From Octopus bimaculoides (lineage: Eukaryota): 61,583 bases of DNA. Position 1 is the first letter of the stretch, and every line of letters starts with the position of its first letter. Positions 1 through 13,483 of the stretch are shown piece after piece. Location of the stretch: assembly GCF_001194135.2 (NCBI RefSeq), contig NC_068990.1, positions 75,267,485 to 75,329,067 on the forward strand, given 5' to 3'. A program made the position numbers and the translations under genes. Under the pieces are notes generated by a model that saw nothing but the letters and a program-made list of their open reading frames with translations, ran no database searches and was not told the DNA's origin.

Positions 1-342
1 ATAGGATCGCGGTTTCGATTCTCAGACCCGGCGTTGTGAGTGTTTATTGAGAGAAAACACCTAAAGCTCCACGAGGCTCTGGCAGGGGATGGTGGCGAAC
101 CCTGCTGTACTCCTTCACCATAACTTTCTCTCACTCTTACTTCCTGTTTCTGTTGTGCCCGTATTTCAAAGGGTCAGCCTTGTTACACTGTGTCACGCTG
201 AATATCCCCGAGACCTACGTTAAGGGTACACGTATCTGTGGAGTACTCAGCCACTTGCACGTTAATTTCACGAGCAGGCTGTTCCGTTGATCGGATCAAC
301 TGGAACCCTCGACGTCGTAAGCAACGGAATGCCAACAACAAC
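1..342 (+). mobile_element. tRNA-derived SINE, family A head/body + tail 1 (5' end cut by window edge)
   Basis: Colinear with full copies at 6247-6635 and 38329-38711; B-box-like GGTTTCGATTC at the start; ends GCCAACAACAAC. Confidence 0.9.
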
Positions 343-705
343 GATAGATTGCTAGTAAGCGATTTAGCTGTTATTTTTAGCATCTTAAACGACCACGTGG
401 AGAACCTCTCAGATGCCTCGCTTATACGGACGTAAGTTGTTATTACAAATAATGTTTTAGTATTTGGCAATCAGAATTTCTAACACTTAGGAAAATTTTC
501 AACCTTTAAGACGGCAATATAACTCGGTAGTTTGTAATTTAGTCATAAATATTGAAAGTCAGTAAATAACATTGAATATAAATATAAATAGCTCTGTTTT
601 AAAGGGATAAATATTTCTGAATTAACGACTGTTTATTTTCCTCAGAGATATCTGTATAGAAAGCAAGCATTTATCCCAATAGAAGAAACAATACCACCAC
701 CACCA

Positions 706-746
706 CCACCACCAATATTATTACCACGACCATCACCACTCCCCCG

Positions 747-788
<42 letters not shown>

Positions 789-800
789 TTGCTGCTGCTG

Positions 801-831
<31 letters not shown>

Positions 832-860
832 CGCTGCTACTGCAGCCCCGACTACCGTAA
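706..860. repeat. Compound trinucleotide microsatellite (ACC)n/(ACT)n/(GCT)n
   Basis: Read directly; explains the poly-V/A ORF 733..918. Confidence 0.95.
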
Positions 861-1319
861 CAACAATGACAAAAGAGTACTTCACTGCAAAAGCAATCAG
901 TATAAAACAGCTAAACATAGGTTGTAAGTGTTCTTATATACGTGAAAAGTGTCGTAAGAAATTAGTATGTATTAAGTATTCAGATTAAGTATGAGAATTA
1001 AACAGAGAAGCTAAAAGAACGATCATGGAGTATGGAAGCTGGCACCGAGGGAAAATCAATGTTCATTGTAATAAGCTGTCTCTGATAACGTTTGGGCATA
1101 AGTTTCGGTATGAGTGATTTAAAAGAGCAAGACATCAAAGCGCAAAAGTGTTCCGTTAAAACTCCCACATGATGTGCGAAACGTAAAGTTGATTAGATTG
1201 TCTTCCACAGTTAATGTCTAAATCCTGTTTTTGTTATTATCGTCTTTAATTTAAAGAGAGAAGTCATTTGGTTCAGTTTGCTGAAATTAACGTGATGCTA
1301 CCCGAATTATTCTTAAGCT

Positions 1320-1444
1320 ATCATACATATATACATACATACATACCTACACACATACATACATACATACATACAGATATATGTGTGTGTATGTGTATAT
1401 ATATACTTATACGTACATATATGTATATATACATATATATATGC

Positions 1445-1475
<31 letters not shown>

Positions 1476-1820
1476 CATATATATACACATATATACATAT
1501 ATAATATATATGCACATATATACATGTATATATATATATAAATACATATATAATATATATGCATATATATACATGCATATATATACATATGTTATACATA
1601 TAAAAAATTTACATATATATATATATATAACATATATACATATATATAGGTGCATATGTATATAAATATGTATATACGTATATATACATACATTTTATTT
1701 ATATTATATATGTATATATANNNNNNNNNNNNNNNNNNNNNNNNNNNNNNNNNNNNNNNNNNNNNNNNNNNNNNNNNNNNNNNNNNNNNNNNNNNNNNNN
1801 NNTATATATATATATATATA
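1320..1820. repeat. (ACAT)n/(AT)n microsatellite block with assembly gap
   Basis: Read directly; source of several spurious IY/CV ORFs. Confidence 0.95.
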
Positions 1821-2921
1821 TGGATAGAAGTCCTGTAATTGTAAATATCGCAGATTTACTATCCTTTGAACACTAGACAATTGTAGAGTCTTGATAAATT
1901 TGCCACGTATCAATTCGGGGGGTCATCCATATAACGTGGGCAATTTTTTCCGCTTCTTCCGGGACTTAGCTCGTTAAGAGAATTCTCAGAGATGTTAACA
2001 AACACAGAAAAGCTAACAAGAACCTTTGAAATCAAATTTGCAATATGAATAATAGATCAGTCGAGATATTCTAAATACAGTGAAAGAAACAATGATTTTA
2101 AAAGTTAAAGAAGTAAAAGAAATCAACATTGAACAGCAACAACTACAACAAAAATTACCTGAGCAACAATATTAATCAAAAGAAATAATATGATAGAAGT
2201 CTTGATTCAATCAAATTTAGCATAAGATTTAAATCTTTTCTCCGTTATTTGAAACAAAAATGTCCAGCGGCTAGGTCTTACGAGTTTAGAAATATAATTA
2301 GTTTCGTAACTTAAAGCACCTCCAGAATAAAGAAACCAAACAAATTCCAATCTTCGATAGAGCTTGGAATTGAACACATTTTCATTGCATATAGATTGTA
2401 GAATTTCATATGATTATTTCCTAATCTTATTTCTATATGTCGGGATTTAATTTAGGTTTTATAAATAATATTTTGCAGGTGCCATGGTGACGGCAGTACG
2501 ACGAGAATTATATAAACACAACTCAATTATCTCCCTTACAAAACCAAAGAAAAAAAAATACGTGGCTTGATGACAGAAACTGAAGCTTTCGTGTACATAG
2601 GTCGTTATATCGAGACAAAAGTTTACTTCGATACAATCGTAAGATTTTGTCAAATGAAGGAGTTTACAACGCTAAATTGATAACGTATAGGTAAAACAGA
2701 CAAGTTATGATCAGTATTGTATCGAACTTCTGGCCGAAATTCTTTATTCTCAAAGTTCAAATCCGATCAAGTGTACATATACTCTTATTTAGCTTCCGAT
2801 CATTTCTAATCGAACAGATATAGAAATAAACGTGATAATGTAATGGCCGCCTTTTAGCTCGACATCGTGTTTTCAAAACTATCTTATCCAAAGTGCATTT
2901 CCATTTTGAGACAGAGTAAAT

Positions 2922-3180
2922 CAGTGGTTCTCAACCATGTTTTACCTATGGCTCCCTTTCATTCGTATCTTAGTCTGCTGGAACACTGTAGCTATTCGAT
3001 GTTTTTTTTTTAAAATCCTATTATATTTTTACAATTGAATATTATTAGGAATTGTATGAAAAAATAAAAAGTGTTTTATGTATTGTTGAAGTATAACCAG
3101 TTTATTGCATTTAAAGTTTAGCAACAAAACCATACGTGGATCCCTCAGGGTAATATGGGATCAGAGTTGAGAAGTAGTTG
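2922..3180. mobile_element. Decayed hAT-type MITE
   Basis: Left end CAGTGGTTCTCAACC is typical of hAT/Charlie-like TIRs; degenerate right end GTTGAGAAGTAGTTG; TSD not clean. Confidence 0.5.
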
Positions 3181-3439
3181 TATAAATTGAGAATAAATCT
3201 TGTCGTTATTTCTGGCTGGTCCAGAACACACATAAAGGTTGTATTGTACATAGTTACCACAGAGGGATATAATCCATTGCTTAAAGCAGTGACAATAGCG
3301 CGAAACGGATGATTACAAGGCTCAAACAGCTGACGCTGTTGAGCAAACTATAAGTTCTCGTGAGGCTAAATAAGAGATATATTTTAAGTTCTGTATTGAA
3401 TTGATTCTTGTCAACGCCGAAAATTTCCATACCTTCACT

Positions 3440-3680
3440 ACTTGTTAATTCGCTCAGATCTAGCTAACCTTTGTAGAACCAGTTTTGTAGATTCAGAAAC
3501 TGATCGGTATTTTTTCTTAAAAGAATTCAATCTATTTCGTGGTGCTGTAATATTAACTGATAACTCTTTAGCTGCGAAATTAAATTGCATAGTTATTCCA
3601 GTAACGATAAATATCTACCAAAAAATAGAATTGGTATCTTCATCAGACCACGTTGCCACAATAGACTTGAAATATCTCAA
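3440..3680 (-). pseudogene. Myb/SANT-like (trihelix/MADF-type) domain relic, possibly from a PIF/Harbinger DNA-binding ORF
   Basis: Manual minus-strand translation TWSDEDTNSIFW*IFIVTGITMQFNFAAKELSVNITAPRNRLNSFKKKYRSV resembles the W-S/T-x-E-E/D-T ... A-x-E-L ... N-x-KKKY pattern; one in-frame stop. Confidence 0.45.
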
Positions 3681-4379
3681 CGAAAAATGGTTTTAAATAT
3701 GACATTTCTCAACAAAAGACAGACTAGTGCAGTACATAAAACTGTGTTTCTCTGTTAAGGATAATGAAATATTAAATGAATAGATCTGATGTCTACAGTA
3801 AAAACGGTTAAAATTATATAAATTTTGATATCTGGAAATAACAGTCATGGGTGGTGAGACAATTTTGACCTATGGGTTTGGTTGCTTAGTTCCGACATGG
3901 CATTTTATCTTCTCATAGGCATGAACTTTCAGACGACGGAATATCAACTACATCCATTTCTATCAGTCTTGTAGTGCCCTTTTTCCTCGAGTTGAATAAT
4001 ATAAAATATATCCTCATTCCTGGTTGAAATACTGAAAGAGATTTTATGGTAATTCTAACTATTTAAGAAAAGAACTCATAAGGAAAATGTATATCTTGTG
4101 TTACATTAACTTAACTAGATCTCTGTCTAAAACCACATAAGGTTTAGAAATAGGGAACTTTACACTTAAGTGCAATTATTACATTTCTGAGCTGACATTC
4201 AGAAGACTTTCTGGAGACACATAATTTCTTATGTTTCTTCAAGTGAATATGCGTAAATTTTTACGGGAGATAACACCCGTTTGCTACTGATTTATGTCAA
4301 ATGATAAACCGTCTTAAGTGCATAATCGGTTCCCCGGTAGTTATGACCTAGAAACTGGAAGGGAGAATAAGATAAGTTC

Positions 4380-4700
4380 TTAGATGTCAATTAAAAAGAG
4401 GACGGGTTTCAAAAACCAGTCGTAAAAATTATGTTTGGGAGGGTTAGCAAAGAAAGGCGTATTGACAAACATTCCGACTGGTCATCTTTCTCTGATCACT
4501 GGCTAAAATAAAAATAATGTAAAAGTGGAAGGAGAAGATTATTTAAGTTGATTACATAGGACACTGCAATACTGTTACACTTTTCAAACAGTAGCTATGG
4601 AAGAAGCAAGAATTACGTGGCAGTTTTTCAGTCCGACAGGGGAAAATAAAAGAGGAAATATGAAAGAATTATTGGCAGCTAAAAAGACGGTACGAAAGAG
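4380..4700 (+). mobile_element. Possible highly decayed RTE-like LINE reverse-transcriptase fragment
   Basis: Frameshifted pieces VKIMFG, NVKVEGE, DYIG and EEARITWQFF resemble RTE RT motifs KTKIM ... YLG ... EI.RI..AW..F, in order. Confidence 0.35.
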
Positions 4701-5005
4701 AAAGGACGCTGTAAAAATAACGGCAAGACACAAGACCATCAAGGAGACTGTAAAGATTTCGGAAACATACGAATGGTCGATAAGCTCGAGTAAATACCGA
4801 AAAATAGCGAGATATTCTTTTATTTATGTTCATGTAGTGGTTACTATCGTTGGCCGAATTAAAGATACTAACCTCTGATCGTATACTTGGCCTATTTATT
4901 GCCACAGAAGTAAGAAAAGCTGAGCTTTGATGTCATTGTCAGTATTTATGTCTTTGTGATGTGTAGATGCGTCTCTATGAAAATGTATATATACTTACGT
5001 TCATA

Positions 5006-5043
<38 letters not shown>

Positions 5044-5974
5044 NNNNNNNNNNNNNNNNNNNNNNNNNNNNNNNNNNNNNNNNNNNNNNNNNNNNNNNNN
5101 NNNNNNNNNNNNNNNNNNNNNNNNNNNNNNNNNNNNNNNNNNNNNNNNNNNNNNNNNNNNNNNNNNNNNNNNNNNNNNNNNNNNNNNNNNNNNNNNNNNN
5201 NNNNNNNNNNNNNNNNNNNNNNNNNNNNNNNNNNNNNNNNNNNNNNNNNNNNNNNNNNNNNNNNNNNNNNNNNNNNNNNNNNNNNNNNNNNNNNNNNNNN
5301 NNNNNNNNNNNNNNNNNNNNNNNNNNNNNNNNNNNNNNNNNNNNNNNNNNNNNNNNNNNNNNNNNNNNNNNNNNNNNNNNNNNNNNNNNNNNNNNNNNNN
5401 NNNNNNNNNNNNNNNNNNNNNNNNNNNNNNNNNNNNNNNNNNNNNNNNNNNNNNNNNNNNNNNNNNNNNNNNNNNNNNNNNNNNNNNNNNNNNNNNNNNN
5501 NNNNNNNNNNNNNNNNNNNNNNNNNNNNNNNNNNNNNNNNNNNNNNNNNNNNNNNNNNNNNNNNNNNNNNNNNNNNNNNNNNNNNNNNNNNNNNNNNNNN
5601 NNNNNNNNNNNNNNNNNNNNNNNNNNNNNNNNNNNNNNNNNNNNNNNNNNNNNNNNNNNNNNNNNNNNNNNNNNNNNNNNNNNNNNNNNNNNNNNNNNNN
5701 NNNNNNNNNNNNNNNNNCGTGTGAGAGGAGAGGTAATATTGAAAGTTAAGCAAAATTTGAATATTTCTTTTCATTATTATAATATATTTTATTTTCATTC
5801 TTCAGGTCATTGTCACCTCGTATTTGCAAGGAATTGTTAAGCAAACTTTAACTATTTAAAAGAATCACTTTAGAACGCGACCCGATGAATATTTTTCAAA
5901 CGAAAAAATAAAATAAAATTAAAAAAAAAACAGCAAATATATAAATAAGGAACACAACTACTTTTACGTATATT

Positions 5975-6205
5975 TTTATTAGACTGCAGCCACACTGGGA
6001 CATCATCTTCAGTTTTTAGATGAAGGACTCAACCTCACTATTAATGTTTATTTTATTTTTTAAAGCCTGGTATTTACTGTATCGAGGAAACCTGAAGTCG
6101 TGGGAAAATTTAAGGCTGTAGACGAAGACACCTGCCGAAAATGCCACTCAATGGGACTGAACCCGGAACCATTCTGGTTGGGAAGCAAACCTCTTACCAC
6201 ACAGA
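5975..6205 (-). mobile_element. SINE family B, decayed and internally deleted
   Basis: Head (reverse complement of GGGACTGAACCCGGAACC...CTTACCACACAG) and tail TTAGACTGCAGCC match the full copy at 60323-60836. Confidence 0.75.
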
Positions 6206-6246
6206 ACACGAAAATAATTCCTAAATACACACAGTACAATGAGCGT

Positions 6247-6635
6247 TGTTGTTGTTGGCACTCCGTCGCTTACGACGTCGAGGGTTCCAGTTGATCCGAT
6301 CAACGGAACAGCCTGCACGTGAAATTAACGTGCAAGTGGCTGAGTACTCCACAGACACGTGTACCCTTAACGTAGTTCTCGGGGATATTCAGCGTGACAC
6401 AGTGTGACAAGGCTGACCCTTTGAATTACAGGCACAACAGAAACAGGAAGTAAGAGTGAGAGAAAGTTGTGGATGAAAGAGTACAGCAGGGTTCGCCACC
6501 ATCTCCTGCCGGAGCCTCGTGGACCTTTAGGTGTTTTCGCTCAATAAACACTCACAACACCCGGTCTGGGAATCGAAACCACGATCCTATGACCGCGAGT
6601 CCGCTGCCCTAACCACTGGGCCATTGCGCCTCCAC
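6247..6635 (-). mobile_element. Full-length SINE family A + tail 1, 11-bp TSD
   Basis: tRNA-like head GTGGAGGCGCAATGGCCCAGTGGTTAGG...GGTTTCGATTCCC; TSD ACAATGAGC(G/A)T at 6236-6246 and 6636-6646; empty homologous site at 8223-8233. Confidence 0.95.
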
Positions 6636-6908
6636 ACAATGAGCATACATAGAGGTATACGAAGTGGAATAAGAATCGTAATGTCGGAGTAGGGTGCGTA
6701 TATACCGCAAAAGATGATGACCATTGTCTGAGGTTTGGTGATGGAATGAGAATTACTGGGAGGGTGAGGAACACAATTTTCTATGAAAGATTCTGTGTGA
6801 GGGTTGAAGAGTTTATCGAAAATTGTTCGATTGTTTATGACGCATCGACTCTTCCTATATCTCAGTGTAAGAAATGAACGTTTTCGTGAAATTTTCATGA
6901 TTAAAATG

Positions 6909-7587
<679 letters not shown>

Positions 7588-8225
7588 AATACATTGATAT
7601 ACTTCAGGTTGAAATGTATCAAAATAGAACACGACAAGTAGTAAAAAAAAAAACTAAAAAGGAGAATATGAAAGATAATGGAGTAAAACAAGATCAAAGG
7701 ATACTACGTCGGAATGTTGTGGCTGTAACATCGAAGATGAGTAGAGTACACCCTCCATATAAGCACCTTATGAATGAAGTGTTGGTGGGAGGTAAACCAG
7801 AACGTAAAGCGCCATAAAAAAGCCCACAATGCATTTTGTCCTATGCCGTCATGCTTCCGCCACAACTACCACTTGTATAGTACTATATCCACCTCGAAAA
7901 GAAGAAATGTCAAGCTAGCACTATTGAATTTGATTTATAATGCAAAGGGCTGTTGCTAGGTACGACAATGTTGAGGTTAGGTATATTCGTATAAATCGAC
8001 ATTTTAGTGTCGTCGACTTCGAAATGATGAAACATAGAGGAAAGACCGAAAAGTACAGAAGTGAGAATACGAAGGAACACAAGGTTAGTAAGAAACTCTC
8101 AAGAGTGCTGAACAGCAGAAGGTCTTCCGAGAAGAACCGCCCCCTCAGGTAAGTGTTTTGGCCCTTAATTTCTTACACTCTTACCACACAGAACATGAAA
8201 ATAATTCCTAAATACACACGGTACA

Positions 8226-8507
8226 ATGAGCGTACATAGTCGGGTACGAAGTGAAATAAGAAATCGTAATGTCGGAGTAGGGTGCGTACATACCGCAAAA
8301 GATGATGACCATTGTCTGAGGTTTGGTGATGGAATGAGAATTACTGGGAGGGTGAGGAACACAATTTTCTATGAAAGATTCTATGTAAAGGTCGAGGAAT
8401 TTATCCAAAATTCACAACAATTCAAGACTGCTGGGTGTAATTTTTTTGATACTTTTTTTTTATCAAAGACTGCATTTAAATCGCTTAGAGATTCAATCTC
8501 ACTGTAG
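8226..8507 (+). CDS. Candidate small ORF or first exon of unknown product (MSVHSRVRSEIRNRNVGVGCVHTAKDDDHCLRFGDGMRITGRV...)
   Basis: Paralogous to 6639-6880; the diverged 3' part shows 4 synonymous plus K/R, Q/E, Y/C changes; possible GTAATT donor near 8437. The mirror minus frame fits similarly, so strand is uncertain. Confidence 0.3.
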   Translation: MSVHSRVRSEIRNRNVGVGCVHTAKDDDHCLRFGDGMRITGRVRNTIFYERFYVKVEEFIQNSQQFKTAGCNFFDTFFLSKTAFKSLRDSISL

Positions 8508-8921
8508 CTCCTCTTCGCTGACTCAGCTTTCAAACTAATACTAAAAGAAAAAATAACGTTGGATATCGTGGTAGCGGCGAACGTCAACGCTATTATAATA
8601 ACTCATATGAAGTTACTTCCCTTAGCGTTAAAATACAAAATATTGCCTGCGAACGGTGTGGAGGTCATTTTCACACAAATATATACTTGTATATTTTGAC
8701 TGAAAGTTTACCGATTCTTTTGTGTGGTACTCCAGGTCCATGCTAATGGAACGTACATATTAATATAATATTTGAAGGGAGTTTACTGTTCAGACAGTAG
8801 TTAGAGCAACATCATTTTTAGGGGGCAGTGTATATGAAACATATGTGGGGAAAGAAAAGCGAAGATCAACAATGATTCTCATGTAGCTGAAGTGGGAAGA
8901 ACATGCGCCTAAAAGTTAACT

Positions 8922-9240
8922 GACATTCCGTTGGTTACGACGACGGGAGTTCTAGTTGATCCGATCAACGGAACAGCCTGCTTGTGAAATTAACGTGCGA
9001 GTGGCTGAGCACTCCGTAGACATACGTATCTTTAACGTAGTTCTGAGGGGAATGCAGCGTGACTTAGAATGAGACAACGCTGGGCCTTTGAATTACAGGT
9101 TCAACTAATTTTTCTCAGGTGAGGTGACAGGTGCAACGTGAAATAAAGCATATTGCTCAAGGACACAGCACGTCACGGGGAATCAATCTCACAACCTTCC
9201 GATCGTGAGCCGAGCACCTTCACCACTAAGTTACGCGCGT
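8922..9240 (-). mobile_element. SINE with tRNA head + CORE-like middle + tail 1
   Basis: Tail shared with family A; middle reads CCTTGAGCAATATGCTTTATTTCACGTTGC on the minus strand; tRNA-like head at the right end. Confidence 0.8.
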
Positions 9241-10005
9241 TCAAGTTTCTAGATGCTCTCAAATCATAACTTGTACGAAAACTTTCTACGTAGTGGACTT
9301 GGAAAAAGCACCTAAAGAGTAGCTTACGGTTTGAAATCAGAAGATATATCGTCTGTCATAAAGAAAAAGCAATTAAAATCCATGCGACTGACTTCATACT
9401 CATTGTGTCTAAACAATCTAACATACAGTGCATGAATCGACCAGGCGATATGTTAAAACACACGTGTTCGAAAAGCTGCGCAATGCGCCCAAAACATGAA
9501 GGTGACACTTTCAGTCCAATGGTCAGGACACGTTCAAGTGACGGCAGAAGTGGAACATGAAACACATTAATGGTTAGCGTTTGTCTATCTCAATAATCGA
9601 ATTGTCGGCGGGTATATTACAACACAACTTTGTTAGTTTTTTGTGAATGATATATATACATATATATATATATGTATCAACAGCATAAGATATATGTGTG
9701 TGTGTGTGTGTTAATGTTTTGTTAGATTCATAATTTTTTATCATTGATGTCATAGATATTTGCACCCCGACTGTATCTTCTTTATGAAAACCATTGTTTT
9801 ATATATAATATTTTATATCGCAAACAGAATAAATACTTTTAATAAATACTTTTGTTAGTTTCGCCGCTAGTTTTCAGTACATTTTCATCACCAACAATAA
9901 TTCTGTATTTGTCTAGTTATTAATTCCATAATTCAAATATATATAAATACTAATATACACACATATAAAAAGGATCATCATTTATATATATATATATATA
10001 TGTGT

Positions 10006-10044
<39 letters not shown>

Positions 10045-10089
10045 CGTGGGCGTGTGTAACTGAGTGAGTAGGTATCTATCTAAATATCT

Positions 10090-10418
10090 ATCTATATATA
10101 TATATATATATATATTAAAAAGTATATACACCATCACATTACACAGATGCAAAAAGGTTTATATTTATAATTATATATACACATATATATCATATATATA
10201 TATATATATGTGTGTGTGTGTATAATATATACATATGTGCATACACATACATATATACATATACATATATATATATATATACATATATACATATATATAC
10301 GTATACATATACATATATGTATACATATATATATACATATACTTAAACACATATACATATATATATATAAATACATATATATATATATACATATATATAC
10401 ATATATATATATATGCAT

Positions 10419-10449
<31 letters not shown>

Positions 10450-10524
10450 GATAGATAGATAGATATGCACATATATATACATATACATATATATACATAT
10501 ACATATGCATATATATACATATAC

Positions 10525-10555
<31 letters not shown>

Positions 10556-10690
10556 TATATATATACATATGTATATACATATATAAATATATGCATATAT
10601 ATATATATATATATACATATATCCATACATATACATACACGTATATACACATATATATATACATATATATACACACATATATATATGTAC
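10090..10690. repeat. (AT)n/(ATAC)n microsatellite block
   Basis: Read directly. Confidence 0.95.
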
Positions 10691-12152
10691 AATGTGCTAT
10701 ATTTTTCGGCGTCCGTTAAGTTTAGCTTTTGATTTCTCATGATGAGGAATTTTTTATCTTTAGTTTCTTTTCGTCCATTTATTTATTTATTTATTTTTGT
10801 TTTTACCTAGGGTCTTCAGCTCCTCCTAATCCATCCGATAATTTGTTCGTTTCTGTTTTGTTTTTCTTTTCTTCTCTCTTTTTAACTATTCGTATAGCTT
10901 GTAGTGTTTTTTTCTTTTTTTTTCTTTTGGCTTCTGTACTTTTTGCTAGTATTTCATTTTATATACGTACATAAGCATATACATATATATATACATACAT
11001 ACATACATACCATACATAAATACATACATACAGAACAACTACACACACGCACACACATACATATATATACATATATTGTATAATTAAATACTGTTCCTTC
11101 ATTTGGTTTTTATGAGTGATGACGGACATGACTTCAGATATTTCATATTATTTGTGCTTGTATTGTTTTTTTTTGTCTTGTTTCCTTCCTTTATTTGTTC
11201 TGTTGTTGCTATCATTATTATTGTTGTTGTCGTTTTGTTTATTTAGCGGGGCGGCATTGTTTTTAGTTTTGATATCCTAGATTCGTTTTCATCCAGTTAT
11301 TATCCAACTATTTATTTATAAAACTCATCGAATTTACATCAATCGCTCTTCTTCCCAACTCCGTTTCCTCTGAATATTTAGTAGCTATTTAAACTGTATA
11401 TAAATCAATCCCAACAATGTACATACACACACACATATATATATATATATACATATATAATCATACGCGACTATGTTATTGCTAATTAGCTGGACAGTGA
11501 AAAAATAAAAACAAAAATTGATACAAAGATTCATTTGATTATTGTCAAGCTTTACAATCGGACTCCCTTTGTGCCTTGCTGACCCGAGTGATAATAAATT
11601 TAGTTTTATTCCTGATAAACGTCCTAGGTGTATTTTATGTGGTTTTTATATGTATCTTTGTAATTGTGTCCAACATACTCTTGTTTTGCTTTGATGTTAA
11701 TTTTTTGGAGATGACTACAGTTTATAGTTTCCACTCAAGAATTAATTTTTCTACCAAGTTGTTTTGTTGATGGAATAACCTGTAGTATTAAAACGACGTC
11801 GTTGTTTTTTTTTTTTTAAAGATATTCTCTGATACTTTCCTGTAGTGGCAATATTATTCTTGACTTTCTGTATTTATGTATGTAGTTAGGCGTGTGCGTA
11901 TACAACCCCTCACATATATATATACAGACATATTTATACAATAAATTATATATATATATATATGTATACATATACATTTATATATACATATAATTAGTTT
12001 ATATATCTCTAATCATATATATAATATATCTATAATTATACGTATGTATAATACATATATTATAATGCATATACACATACATATACGTATGTATGTATTT
12101 ACAAATGAATATATATATGTACACATACATATATACATACACACACATAGTT

Positions 12153-12217
<65 letters not shown>

Positions 12218-13018
12218 CTTAACCAATTTATTGTCTCTCCTTGTGACTTTGCCTATATATTTTTGTCACCATTGTTATTGTTTCACCAAACAAAATTACT
12301 CTTTGAAGTTATTTGTTTCCAAACGTTCAAAATTACTCTCTCTTGAACGTATAGTACGTGACTGCAATCACGTGTATGTGTTTTCCTTATTGTAAATATA
12401 AACTTGTAGTTTCAAATACTCGTATCTTCATGTCTAGTTGATATCTCAGTGGTTTTTGCGGTCATAATAATCAGTGTTTTAGATTATTAGTCAGTTAGTA
12501 TTAACATATGCAAGACCAGCGGTCGCTCTTAGTGTTCTACTCTGTCCGTTGTAAACGCAGCTAATATTCTCCTGGATTACATGTTACAATAAATGAATGC
12601 TTTAGATAGCTGAATTTAGTGACTGTAATAAAAAGAAACACAACATTCTGTAAGGGGCCGGGCCTCTCGCCACTGTAGTAAGTGTAGCACCGAATAAGCT
12701 TTCTATATCCTCTGAAATTGGTGTAAGAAAACCAGAAGACCAGTGTCGAATGGTTGTAAAAGAATTTAATCTATTAAATGCAGGCGTAGGCCAGTTGATA
12801 ATATTTAAACGAGTCTAAAACCTAAGAGGTATAATATTATATTTAACGAGATTCCATACAATCTCCAACCACCAATCTAAATATCACATCCAGATTTTTG
12901 TTTAACTTAAAGCTATAGTACAAATTTGTTGTTCTATGTATTGCGGTTTGAATTTGAACGCGGGGTCATGTGGCTGCAAACATTTCAACCTCACAGTTAA
13001 GCCTGCTGTTCCCTTATG

Positions 13019-13204
13019 CAGTGCTCCCCAAACTTTTTCCACTTGCGGTACACTTATATTCTTTTCAAAATTCGGCGTCACGCCTGAACTAAAAATACAA
13101 CTAAAAGTGTAAAGGAAAAAATTATATTCAGGTAATACTGTGGCACAACCACCATCGTATCGTGGCACATAAGTGTTCTGCGGTGTAACGGTTGCGAAGC
13201 ACTG
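13019..13204. mobile_element. hAT-type MITE
   Basis: Imperfect TIRs CAGTGCTCCCCAAAC ... GTTGCGAAGCACTG; flanks CCCTTATG / CCCTATAA resemble a decayed 8-bp TSD. Confidence 0.55.
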
Positions 13205-13221
13205 CCCTATAATACAGTTAC

Positions 13222-13422
13222 TCTCTTTTACTCTTTTACTTGTTTTAGTCATTTGACTGTGGTCATGCGGGAGCACCGCTTTTTAGTCGAGCAAATCGAC
13301 CCCAGGACTTATTCTTTGTAAGCCTAGTACTTATTCTATCGGTCTCTTTTGCCGAACCGCTAAGTTACGGGGACGTAAACAAACCAATATCGGTTGTCAA
13401 GGGTTGGGGGACAAACACAGAC
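13222..13422 (-). mobile_element. SINE family B 3' half
   Basis: CCGAACCGCTAAGTTACGGGGACGTAAAC and TACTCTTTTACT tail as in 60323-60836. Confidence 0.9.
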
Positions 13423-13483
13423 ATCTGTTGGTGGGAGCTCTCACAATATTATCACTTTTCTTAGCACCACTATATTTACTAAC

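Noticed and set aside
183-470. ORFs inside SINEs (also 38328-38534, 23748-23996, 36642-36824, 61129-61383)
   Set aside because: Frames lie in multi-copy non-coding SINE sequence and are not preserved between copies.
9356-9565. 69-aa minus ORF MFHVPLLPSLERVL...
   Set aside because: Non-ATG start, weak acceptor, the antisense frame is equally open, and no recognisable motif.
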